The notes: generated by a model not told the origin, from the letters alone. Shown: positions 8,056 to 16,363, counted from the stretch's first letter. The stretch: DNA of 20,000 nucleotides from an uncultured virus (IMG/VR IMGVR_UViG_3300006467_000197) (IMGVR_UViG_3300006467_000197), one strand, 5' to 3'. Program-made: numbers and translations.

Positions 8056-8895
8056 ATGGCACGGCCAGATTACTCCAGATTGCAAAAGAAGTTCGCCAAG
8101 AAAGATGAAGGACTTCGCCCGAAGTTTGAATTCAAGGAAGGTGATGTTGTTGGGATCGAGTTGACCAAGGAAGTCATTGAGTGGCTTCATGTATTTTTCA
8201 ATGGTTCGCCGGAAACGTGGCCAGTCATCCGGAAAAAGAAATCCCCGTACCGCCTTCGACGCGACAGCGACCGGAGAGCGGTTCAGATCATTCGCAAAAT
8301 CATGCCTACTTTCAGACTTACCGAAGGAAAACGTGAAATATTCCATCACCACTACAATAACGGTAAGGCAGGAATAAACGAAGACTCAAACGCGTTGATG
8401 GAACGTTGCTATTGCGCTATGCTTGGGCTGCACTTCAAACTCCCTGTCTACCCAGAAACCTTGAAAGTGCAGGAGCTTGAAAAATCACTGCTGCCTTGTC
8501 CGGTGTGCTCTACACCTGCGCAGTTTGAAACGCTTGGCTTTGGTGAGAAGCGAGCCCTTTGCCCGAACAATCAATGTTCGTTTCACTACTATGGTCTTCC
8601 GGCTTGGTCTGGCACATACGAGAACGCCGCCGAAATCTGGAAGAAACAGGTTGAACGAGAAATCAAAGTGAATAATAAAATGTATCGGTGGACTTCGGAG
8701 CTGTTCGGCAATTACCGTTACGGCCACGTTGTTGTGATTGCGCACAACGAAGATACAGCCGTCAAAAAAGCTATCGAGTTTATGAAAAAACAATCAGAAC
8801 TCAAAGATGTTATCGAACTGGCTATCGAGTTTGTCGGCAACAATGACCCGGACATTATCGAGGAAAACGAAGTCTTCTTCTGGGGCGGCGAATGA
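8056..8895 (+). CDS. Multi-module protein with central Lar (restriction alleviation)-like Zn-finger
   Basis: LLPCPVCS...ALCPNNQC...ENAAEIWK resembles the Lar-like LxPCPFCG...CxxC...AxxxWN pattern; AAGGA RBS. Confidence 0.7.
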   Translation: MARPDYSRLQKKFAKKDEGLRPKFEFKEGDVVGIELTKEVIEWLHVFFNGSPETWPVIRKKKSPYRLRRDSDRRAVQIIRKIMPTFRLTEGKREIFHHHYNNGKAGINEDSNALMERCYCAMLGLHFKLPVYPETLKVQELEKSLLPCPVCSTPAQFETLGFGEKRALCPNNQCSFHYYGLPAWSGTYENAAEIWKKQVEREIKVNNKMYRWTSELFGNYRYGHVVVIAHNEDTAVKKAIEFMKKQSELKDVIELAIEFVGNNDPDIIEENEVFFWGGE

Positions 8896-8909
8896 AAGGA
8901 ACCGAAGAA

Positions 8910-9245
8910 ATGAAAATTCAAACCAGCCTCACCTTTCAAGTCGATAGCAAAGACTTCTCACCGGAGCTGAAAAAGGCTTTGGAGAAAAAAGCCCTCTGTG
9001 CTTTCTCTGAAATGACAGAAGCAAAGTTCTCAATTCGCCTAGAATGGAAAACTCTCGTCGCTAGGGAAGAACCAGACAAAGTAGTAGGTCACCTGCTCGT
9101 AGCCTCTTCCTCACTACCATCCTCTGCAATTATTCAAAACTCTGCCTCTAAAACAACAAAAACTTCCGACGAGTGGAAGCATAAGAGAAAAGAGGTTTTG
9201 AAAGGGAATACCACAAAAGGAAAGAGAACAAGGAAGAGGCGGTAA
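8910..9245 (+). CDS. Hypothetical basic protein (uncertain; 3' half overlaps structured DNA)
   Basis: AAAGGA RBS upstream of ATG 8910 (alternative start 8892 by ATGA overlap); codon usage and purine/pyrimidine blockiness differ from neighbouring genes. Confidence 0.5.
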   Translation: MKIQTSLTFQVDSKDFSPELKKALEKKALCAFSEMTEAKFSIRLEWKTLVAREEPDKVVGHLLVASSSLPSSAIIQNSASKTTKTSDEWKHKRKEVLKGNTTKGKRTRKRR

Positions 9246-9345
9246 TTATTCAATAGTCAGAATGACCCTATAATTATTCAGTGGTAACAACAAGAAGAGA
9301 ATACCGGTAATTATTCAATGATCTAATTGACCCTATAATTATTCA
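9240..9345 (+). repeat. Duplicated 41-bp unit, each with two TAATTATTCA boxes
   Basis: CGGTAATTATTCAAT-N8-GACCCTATAATTATTCA at 9240-9280 and 9305-9345 (36/41 identical); boxes start at 9243, 9271, 9308 and 9336. Confidence 0.9.
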
Positions 9346-9372
9346 AAGTTCTGATAAACTTCCTGAGCCTGT

Positions 9373-9492
9373 CCCGTTGCCCGTTGTCCGCTGCCCCTGC
9401 CCTAGACCCTAGACCCTGAGCCCGTCGCCCTTCACCCTTCCCCTTCCCTTTCCCTCCCCTCCCTCCTCCCCTCCCTTTACCTTCCCCTTCCC
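9373..9492. repeat. C-run / polypyrimidine tract with degenerate 7-bp period
   Basis: CCCGTTG CCCGTTG TCCGCTG CCCCTG CCCTAGA CCCTAGA CCCTGAG CCCGTCG CCCTTCA, then pure C/T from 9435 to 9478; 18 runs of three or more C. Confidence 0.9.
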
Positions 9493-9643
9493 GGTTTCTC
9501 TGATTCTTTTTTTACCATGGTAATCCCTACCATGAATAATTACTTTGCAAGGATTACCCTGTTCCCATATCCTTTCCGGCCTGATCCATCAGCCTTCCGG
9601 GCAATCTCTCTATGTGCTGTAGTCATTGAACTTTTTGCACTTA

Positions 9644-9672
9644 TTGCCTCACCCTCACCATTCTGATAGAAT
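9644..9672 (+). promoter_or_regulatory. Sigma70-type promoter
   Basis: TTGCCT-N17-TAGAAT with a TGn extension, 33 nt upstream of ATG 9706. Confidence 0.6.
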
Positions 9673-9705
9673 CGAACAGACCGAAAATGAAAGGACGAAT
9701 ACACA

Positions 9706-10014
9706 ATGGGACTTGATGAATATATGGCCTCTCTGGAAACAGAGAAACTTGAAGCGCTGTTTGCTGAAAAGGAAGCATGTATTGCTGACGATGTTGTCGG
9801 CTCGATTCTTCTGGAAGTGACGGCAAACTATCTGCGTCAGAGATACGTTGCTCAAGCGGATACACCGATCAACGTAACCAAGCGCCTGAAAAAATGGACA
9901 GAAGAGACTGTCCAGAAAAAGGTTCCGGCTTGGCAGTCTTATGTCTCTGCGGCTGCGACGCATGAACTTGTTCGCCGCTATCAGAAAACCCTCAAGAAAA
10001 AGGTGAAAGCATGA
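9706..10014 (+). CDS. Hypothetical protein
   Basis: AAAGGA RBS; ATGA coupling to the next gene. Confidence 0.8.
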   Translation: MGLDEYMASLETEKLEALFAEKEACIADDVVGSILLEVTANYLRQRYVAQADTPINVTKRLKKWTEETVQKKVPAWQSYVSAAATHELVRRYQKTLKKKVKA

Positions 10015-10352
10015 CCGTCACCAAAGACCAATCGCTTTTTATGAAAATTAACCAGCAGAAGGTTACGCTTGGCCCGCCGGTTCTGGCCCGCAAGTTCATC
10101 ATGTTGGTTGGCTCGTATACCGATGGCAGTAAGTCGCTTCGCCTCTACGAAGAAGACAACCCCCGTTACACTATCATCGCTTCTACGAATATTCAAGGAT
10201 ACGTCCAAAGTGACGGCTGTTTCCTTATCAAGAACTGGACAGAGAACGAGGGCTTGTTGGAATTGCTTTTGGCAACCAAGAAGTTTGAACTCACTGGCCT
10301 TGTGATGCAATCGGGATTCATCATCGCCCACGAAGTCAAATACACCGGCTAA
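10011..10352 (+). CDS. DUF4313-like phage protein
   Basis: STN...FLIKNWTENEGLLELL...FELTG...QSGF pattern. Confidence 0.65.
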   Translation: MTVTKDQSLFMKINQQKVTLGPPVLARKFIMLVGSYTDGSKSLRLYEEDNPRYTIIASTNIQGYVQSDGCFLIKNWTENEGLLELLLATKKFELTGLVMQSGFIIAHEVKYTG

Positions 10353-10378
10353 ATAATTATTCAGTAAGGAACAATACA

Positions 10379-11671
10379 ATGTCAGTGGCAGATACCTCCG
10401 CACAAACCGAAGTTGATACGGACGAAGCGCTCATTATTACGGAGCACGAAAAACAGAAGGGCTTTTCTGATCTTGTCCTTGAAGCTATTCATGAATTTTC
10501 AACCGACCACGATATTACGGAAAAGTACAACACCTTTCTGCAAATCCACGAGAAGTGGCCATCCAAGACACCGCTGAACAACAACATTGAAACGAGAAAG
10601 AACAAAGAGCGCTTTACCGACCGCCTCTATGCACAAGACATCGAGAAAGGCCTGATCACGATTCGCCATAAAGATACTGGCCGGGTAATTTTCAAAAAAG
10701 AAGCCACGCAAGCTGATCGGATTTATCTGCAAAGTGTTGAAATGATGCTTGGTCGTGCAGTCATCATGGCTGCTATGGAAGGACCGATTGTCAAAGGTAT
10801 GCTTGACGGCGCTCGTATCACCAATATTTCAATGACCGGCCTTATCAAGAGAGGTATCAAAGACAGAGGTGTTTGGGCGGTGTTCCCGGTTTTCACCGAA
10901 TGCTCTATGCGAAATATTCATATCTCGGCAGAAGTTACCAGCGGCCAGTTCTTTAGCTGTGATATGACACATTGCTATCTGGAGCGGATGCACCGCTGTC
11001 GTTTCGAATTGTCTAATCTTCAAATGGCTCGCATTGGAAAATTGAATAATTGCAGTGTATTTCGCTCCAATATGGTTCGGGCTCGGGTCTCCCAAAAGAC
11101 AACCAATTCATTCTTTGATAATGTCTTGGCGCCCTTTTCCACATTCAACAATGTCGATATGGGCGGTGCCAAGTTTCGAATGTGCATCATGAATAATGCG
11201 CGCTTTCGTGGCACAACTTTGGACGCTCTTTTCGAACGCTCTCAACTTACCAAAGCCGACTTCACAAGAGCATCTGGCAAGAAGCTTGTTCTTACAGGAA
11301 CGTCAGCGTTTGGAGCAAATCTGGATTTCATTGATGATGGGCTTCCTTCTATCGATACTTATTCAAGACTCACGGAAGGGAAGCTCACTGTCTTTGCCCA
11401 CCTCACTCGCTCCGACGGTTTTGAATATTACGGGTTTGTCGGTCCGCTTGGTGGTGTGGTTATTCGTGCCGGTTGCCGCACGTGGACTTGCAGCGGACGG
11501 CGCAAAGCGATCTACACCGCCAGAACGGTCCGTTCTGGCGCATTCGGTGACGCGCTACGCCATTGTGAAACGACAACCGCTGTAGCCTATCAGAAAGAAG
11601 CTATTGCGATTATTCGTTTCATGTTTGATCGCTACAAAGAATATCTGGAAGAAAGGAAACTCCAATCATGA
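10379..11671 (+). CDS. Pentapeptide-repeat protein with phage-type C-terminal domain
   Basis: Central 5-residue periodicity (STFNN VDMGG AKFRM CIMNN ARFRG TTLDA; SQLTK ADFTR); C-terminal RSDGFEY...IRAGCR motif. Confidence 0.8.
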   Translation: MSVADTSAQTEVDTDEALIITEHEKQKGFSDLVLEAIHEFSTDHDITEKYNTFLQIHEKWPSKTPLNNNIETRKNKERFTDRLYAQDIEKGLITIRHKDTGRVIFKKEATQADRIYLQSVEMMLGRAVIMAAMEGPIVKGMLDGARITNISMTGLIKRGIKDRGVWAVFPVFTECSMRNIHISAEVTSGQFFSCDMTHCYLERMHRCRFELSNLQMARIGKLNNCSVFRSNMVRARVSQKTTNSFFDNVLAPFSTFNNVDMGGAKFRMCIMNNARFRGTTLDALFERSQLTKADFTRASGKKLVLTGTSAFGANLDFIDDGLPSIDTYSRLTEGKLTVFAHLTRSDGFEYYGFVGPLGGVVIRAGCRTWTCSGRRKAIYTARTVRSGAFGDALRHCETTTAVAYQKEAIAIIRFMFDRYKEYLEERKLQS

Positions 11672-11937
11672 CAGCAGTAACTCTCTCAGAACTCGAAGTA
11701 TATTTCAATGATGGTGTGAAGCAGAACAAGGCGGTGATGGTTATCTGGACCGATTGTTTTGATTATGAGGACTATCCTGAATATTTCGATGACAAGGAAG
11801 CCGCGCGGAAGGAAAAGGAAGACACCGCCAAAAACGAAAAGCAGATGCGCAGGTTCCAAGAGGCTTACGATCTCAAACTTCCTTTCAAAGAACAGCCCGG
11901 AATGACAAACGGTCGCGGACGCGCCAACTGTCTTTAA
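11668..11937 (+). CDS. Hypothetical protein, paralog of 11960-12226
   Basis: ATGA overlap; GVKQ...MV...PEYFDD...AYDLKLP...Q. Confidence 0.8.
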   Translation: MTAVTLSELEVYFNDGVKQNKAVMVIWTDCFDYEDYPEYFDDKEAARKEKEDTAKNEKQMRRFQEAYDLKLPFKEQPGMTNGRGRANCL

Positions 11938-11959
11938 TTTTCAAACAAGTAGGACAACC

Positions 11960-12226
11960 ATGATTGCACCTGACTCCATCAATGACGTAATTAAGCTGTG
12001 GTATGACTATGGTGTGTCGCAAGAGTTCGGCATCATGGTCGTCGGTTTGAAGAACGATGGTTCCATGGCACCTGAATATTTCAAAGATCGTCAGGTCGCT
12101 CTGGAGAAACTGCAAAAGGGGCAGGTCAAAGCAATTCAACTTGCAGTGACGGCTTTCGATTTGGAATCACCAATCGGATCGCAGCTCGCAGGAAATTTTC
12201 CCAACGCTTTGGCTCATAGACTCTAA
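11960..12226 (+). CDS. Hypothetical protein, paralog of 11668-11937
   Basis: AGGA RBS; GVSQ...MV...PEYFKD...AFDLESP...Q. Confidence 0.8.
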   Translation: MIAPDSINDVIKLWYDYGVSQEFGIMVVGLKNDGSMAPEYFKDRQVALEKLQKGQVKAIQLAVTAFDLESPIGSQLAGNFPNALAHRL

Positions 12227-12298
12227 TATTCATTTGCACACCGTGCCATCACCCGGTATGCGCGGTCCTCCACGCCTCTGAGGACTCTCCCTTTTACT

Positions 12299-12338
12299 GG
12301 CCCGGCTAGGCGCTCGACTGCCTAGCCGGGTTCTTTTT
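12299..12338 (+). terminator. Rho-independent terminator
   Basis: CCCGGCTAGGC-GCTCGACT-GCCTAGCCGGG followed by TTCTTTTT. Confidence 0.85.
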
Positions 12339-12373
12339 ATGGTAAATCGAGCCTTAGACCAATGAGGCTTGAA

Positions 12374-13453
12374 ATGAAAAAATCTGCATCTGACGTATTC
12401 TCTGGGCAATGGGCTGACAGACTCCGCCCGACCAGCTTCCGTGATTTCGTTATGACCGAATCCATTGAAAAAAGAATACAAGGCCTATTCGTATCCGATA
12501 CGCCGCCGAACTGCATCCTGATTACAGGTACTACAGGGAACGGCAAGACAACACTCGCCAGACTTATTGCTGCGAAACTTGCTGGTATATACAAGAAATA
12601 TTCAAAACACGATCATACACAATCCCGTTTCAACTTCCCTTCCGACATTACCGAAGTGAACTGCGGTGAAGATACCGGCAAAGAGAAGATAGGCGAGACA
12701 ATCAAAATGGCCGCGTTCCGGCCACGTATGCTGAAACGTCGAATAATTCTTCTGGACGAAGTGCATAAGCTTTCGCACGCCGCTATTTCCGCGTTGCTGA
12801 AGCCGCTCGAAGAACCGGCAGAGCACACTGTATGGATTTTGTGTACGAATCATCCTGAAAAATTAAAACCAGAGCTTAAGAACCGTTCGTACTGGATCAA
12901 CCTTCAGGATATGCGCAAAGAAGAGGCGTTAGATGTTCTGTCGAATGTCGCCACGGCAGTTGGCGTTGGCAAAGCCTTTGACTTCAAAGGCCAAGAGAAG
13001 TTTCTGCACCTTGCGGCAAACGCGGTTGTTGGTGATAAATTATTCACGTCACCGCGCGAAGCGGTAACCCGGTTTCAGACTTTGCTTGCTGCTGTCGCGG
13101 TAACCAAGCCAACCAATCTGAAACAAGCAAAGTCTATATTGAAAAATATCAGCAAGACGGCATTCGATGATCTGAAAGAAGCGGATGGAAACATTTACGA
13201 GTTCATCCACTCGATTGATCATGATCCTTATCGCGCAGCTGGTGTTATGATTGATATGGCCAGAGACGTTGATGCATTTCAACAGTTATATTTCAGTCTA
13301 AGGGGTATGCTCGCAAAGGGTAAACTCAAGGGAGTGCAAGCTCTTGTGTTCACATGGTGTGTGGATGCTCAGGCTTGGTCAGTACACAGCGGTATGATGC
13401 CTTTGGATTACGTCGCAGCTCGTTTGGTAGAATACCAAGAACGAAAGGATTGA
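12374..13453 (+). CDS. dnaX: Clamp-loader AAA+ ATPase (DNA polymerase III gamma/tau-like)
   Basis: WADRLRPTSF N-terminal box, Walker A GTTGNGKTT, Walker B ILLDEVHKLS, ALLKPLEEP, ILCTN, arginine finger as NRS, SPREA sensor 2; GAGG RBS favours ATG 12374. Confidence 0.9.
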   Translation: MKKSASDVFSGQWADRLRPTSFRDFVMTESIEKRIQGLFVSDTPPNCILITGTTGNGKTTLARLIAAKLAGIYKKYSKHDHTQSRFNFPSDITEVNCGEDTGKEKIGETIKMAAFRPRMLKRRIILLDEVHKLSHAAISALLKPLEEPAEHTVWILCTNHPEKLKPELKNRSYWINLQDMRKEEALDVLSNVATAVGVGKAFDFKGQEKFLHLAANAVVGDKLFTSPREAVTRFQTLLAAVAVTKPTNLKQAKSILKNISKTAFDDLKEADGNIYEFIHSIDHDPYRAAGVMIDMARDVDAFQQLYFSLRGMLAKGKLKGVQALVFTWCVDAQAWSVHSGMMPLDYVAARLVEYQERKD

Positions 13454-13457
13454 AATA

Positions 13458-14081
13458 ATGTCAGATACGCCGAGCAATAAAGCTACAAAACTCCGAGAAC
13501 TCCGCAGGGACTTAGGCGGCGCAATATTCAATCCATTTGGTACAACTGAATTTGTTATTGATGGAGGATTTATCAATCGCGCGCAGTCAGCAATGAAGCG
13601 CAAGAATCCTGAAATCATACCATCCTTCAACTTTGTTGCCATGCGTGAGCAGATATTATTCATGGCTGTAGAAGTTGAGTCCTCGGTGTTTCCAGACATT
13701 CGTTTGTTTCGTTCTATAAGAAACACAAGAGAGCGGATTGAGAGCGCTAGGGATATGGCCGAGCTTATCAAGCCTGTCATCACGCATATGTACCCGTATG
13801 ATAAAGAGTTTGGCCCACCTTCTTTCTTCTCCATGTATTTTTCAATGTTGGCTCCGAGGGTTCAAGAAGACTTCACAGTTTTCGTAACTGATGATCCTGC
13901 GTACCCATTGGTTCGGACTCGTCTCGGCAGGCACACAGTCGTTGGGCCGGAAGCATGGTCGAACTTTGACTTCGGTGAAACCAAGTTCATTGAATTTGAA
14001 AAATTTCGTCAATTCGTCAACGCTGACAAGCCGTATAAAGACGATGTTGATTGGCAGCCCATGACGGATGAAGACGCCTAA
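13458..14081 (+). CDS. Hypothetical protein in replication/recombination operon
   Basis: AAAGGA RBS; tightly packed between the clamp loader and the Rad50-like gene. Confidence 0.8.
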   Translation: MSDTPSNKATKLRELRRDLGGAIFNPFGTTEFVIDGGFINRAQSAMKRKNPEIIPSFNFVAMREQILFMAVEVESSVFPDIRLFRSIRNTRERIESARDMAELIKPVITHMYPYDKEFGPPSFFSMYFSMLAPRVQEDFTVFVTDDPAYPLVRTRLGRHTVVGPEAWSNFDFGETKFIEFEKFRQFVNADKPYKDDVDWQPMTDEDA

Positions 14082-14086
14082 CCGCG

Positions 14087-16363
14087 ATGATACAAGCTCA
14101 ATCTATCTTCTGTGAAAAATACGTTACGTATCACGGCCCAACACAATATGACTTTGTGGATGGAACAACCGTGCTGCGCGGGGAGAATCGATCTGGCAAG
14201 AGCGTTCTGTTCTCCGGTCTCGGCAACTTGTTGTTCGGTTCTCCCCCTATTATTCAGGCGCGCAACAAAGCAAAGCAGATGCATGTTCGCGGCGGATCAA
14301 CGTTCGCATTCAACTGTCACGTTAATGGTCGCGACTTAGAGATTGTCCAGCGTCTTGTTGGCCAGTCTTTGAAATATTCTATCAAGGTTGATGGCAAAGA
14401 CAAAGGTACACACACCCAAGCAGCATACTTTGAGATACTCGACGAGTTCATTCCTATTCCAGAAGACTTGTTTTATTCAAGTGTATACATTGCCGGTGCA
14501 AGACCAAATCCGCTGCATCTTGGAACAGGTGCTCAGCGCATGGGCTACCTGCAGAACATGTTTGACTTTGAAAAATTTGATGATCTTCGGGCTCGTCTCG
14601 CAGAACTTCTGGATAGATCAAACCAGTCAGTTGCAGAAGCTGAAGCACTCAAAGCCGAAATGCGTTCTCTTCCCGGCGGTCGCGGTATCAACAAGCGCGG
14701 TTTCAAGAAGCTTGATAATGCACTGGCTTATTTCAAGAAGCAATCACGCGCGGCCTCTCAATCTGCAAAGTATCTTGGTGAGATTGAGAGCCTGAATAAA
14801 GTAAGCGGGTCTCAGCATCCATTGAAGGACTTGATAGACAAACTTGAGTCATTGGAAACACGGATCGCAGAAGTGTCTGATATGGTTGCAGATGCTGACC
14901 GGGCTGAAGAAGGTCGTCATGAATATAAATCTGCACTCAAGCAACAAACGGACTTAACCTCGAAGGCCGACAAGCTCAAGAGTGATGACAACTTTAAAAT
15001 ATTCAGTAAGAGTGATCCTACCAAGTTACGGATTGAAGCAGAGCAACTATCAAGCGACGTATACAGAGCAAAGCTGGACATCGATTTGATGGAGAACAAC
15101 CTCCGCGTCAACAAAGAGATTGAAGAGTACCTAGAACAAGTTCCAACTGCGCTATTGGAATTCGCCAACAGCAAGGACAAGATCGTAACAAATATTTCAA
15201 GACTGGAAGCCCAAGTCAAACGTGCACTCGAAGAAGTGTCTGAGGCGTTGGACTCTCATTCCGGTTTGTCCAAAGGTGACAAGTGCCCGACTTGTGGTCA
15301 GACTGTCAAAACAGAATTCAACGCCAAGGAAGCGAAAACCAGACTCAAAGACCTACAGGAATGCCGTAAGTTTCTCACACGCCTTGATCGTATCGGTGTT
15401 TATTCAAGCTCTGCCAGTAAAAAGAACTTGGGTAAGTTGACGCTTGCACACAAGAAACTTCTCAACAAGCAAAAGGCGATTGAGTTCAATGCTGAAAAGG
15501 CGCGTCAATGGAGCAACATTCAATCCGAACTGAAAGCTGTTACCAAGACAGTCAAGAACACTGAAAAATATGCCGAAGCAAAATCAAACTCGAAGCGTTT
15601 GTCTACAACTCTGTCCAGCCTCAAAGAGCAACGCCGTGATTTGAAGGATGCAATTGAAGCACGGTCTCGTATCGATGCTTTGAATAAATTGATTGAGGAT
15701 GATAAAGCAACGCTCGCTCCAGATGATTTGAGTACAGTCATTGAAGTGCTGTTGCAAACCAAGTCAGAAGCGAAAGCCTTGGCAAAGTCGCACAACCGCA
15801 AAGACCAGATCAAGCGCCGCTTGAAAGAGCTTGGTAAGGCTATCGAGTATCAGGATATTTTAAAGGCGCTGGTTGACGCTTATGGTCCGCGCGGTCTCCG
15901 TGTTGAGCACATGTCCACGATTGCGAGGATGCTGGAACAAAGCTTCAATCGCTTTGCACCGTGCGTGTTCCCAGAACCTGCTTATTTTTCATTTGGAGTA
16001 GCGCCGTCAAATGTAACCGTCGGTGTTGAACGTAACGCGCTTCCACCATCTGACGCCGCTTTGCTGTCAGGCTCAGAAGCGCGCTGTTTCCAAGTTTTGT
16101 GTTATGCCGCACTTGCACCGTATATCCCCGCGCGTTACCGGTTCGACTCGGTTATCATGGACGAACTTGAATCCATGATGACGCCAGCAACTCGTAAGCT
16201 GTATGTGGAAAGCGCGCTCCCTCAAATCTCACAATCTGTTCGCTCACTGACGATTGTGACACCGTTGCCAGAAGAAGAATTTTTCATCGACGGGGCGCGT
16301 CACATTCAAGTGGTCAAAGAGAACTCACGTTCCCGGCTTGAAATAACGGAGGCTAAGAAATGA
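14087..16363 (+). CDS. sbcC: Rad50/SbcC/gp46-like SMC-family ATPase
   Basis: Walker A GENRSGKS, long coiled coils with central CPTCG Zn hook, signature LSGSE, Walker B VIMDE. Confidence 0.88.
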   Translation: MIQAQSIFCEKYVTYHGPTQYDFVDGTTVLRGENRSGKSVLFSGLGNLLFGSPPIIQARNKAKQMHVRGGSTFAFNCHVNGRDLEIVQRLVGQSLKYSIKVDGKDKGTHTQAAYFEILDEFIPIPEDLFYSSVYIAGARPNPLHLGTGAQRMGYLQNMFDFEKFDDLRARLAELLDRSNQSVAEAEALKAEMRSLPGGRGINKRGFKKLDNALAYFKKQSRAASQSAKYLGEIESLNKVSGSQHPLKDLIDKLESLETRIAEVSDMVADADRAEEGRHEYKSALKQQTDLTSKADKLKSDDNFKIFSKSDPTKLRIEAEQLSSDVYRAKLDIDLMENNLRVNKEIEEYLEQVPTALLEFANSKDKIVTNISRLEAQVKRALEEVSEALDSHSGLSKGDKCPTCGQTVKTEFNAKEAKTRLKDLQECRKFLTRLDRIGVYSSSASKKNLGKLTLAHKKLLNKQKAIEFNAEKARQWSNIQSELKAVTKTVKNTEKYAEAKSNSKRLSTTLSSLKEQRRDLKDAIEARSRIDALNKLIEDDKATLAPDDLSTVIEVLLQTKSEAKALAKSHNRKDQIKRRLKELGKAIEYQDILKALVDAYGPRGLRVEHMSTIARMLEQSFNRFAPCVFPEPAYFSFGVAPSNVTVGVERNALPPSDAALLSGSEARCFQVLCYAALAPYIPARYRFDSVIMDELESMMTPATRKLYVESALPQISQSVRSLTIVTPLPEEEFFIDGARHIQVVKENSRSRLEITEAKK

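Noticed and set aside
9240..9345. Mini-CRISPR array (repeat-spacer appearance, Cas4-like gene in window)
   Set aside because: The shared repeat is only 10-15 nt, spacers are 18 and 27 nt, the first and third spacers are homologous, and there is no cas operon. It fits a duplicated binding-site unit better.
9400..9413. Eukaryotic telomere contamination (CCCTAGA resembles CCCTAAA)
   Set aside because: Only two exact copies, linkers vary, and the tract is flanked on both sides by the box motif found throughout the phage sequence.
12227..12340. tRNA gene
   Set aside because: No cloverleaf, no T-loop GTTCGA consensus and no acceptor stem.
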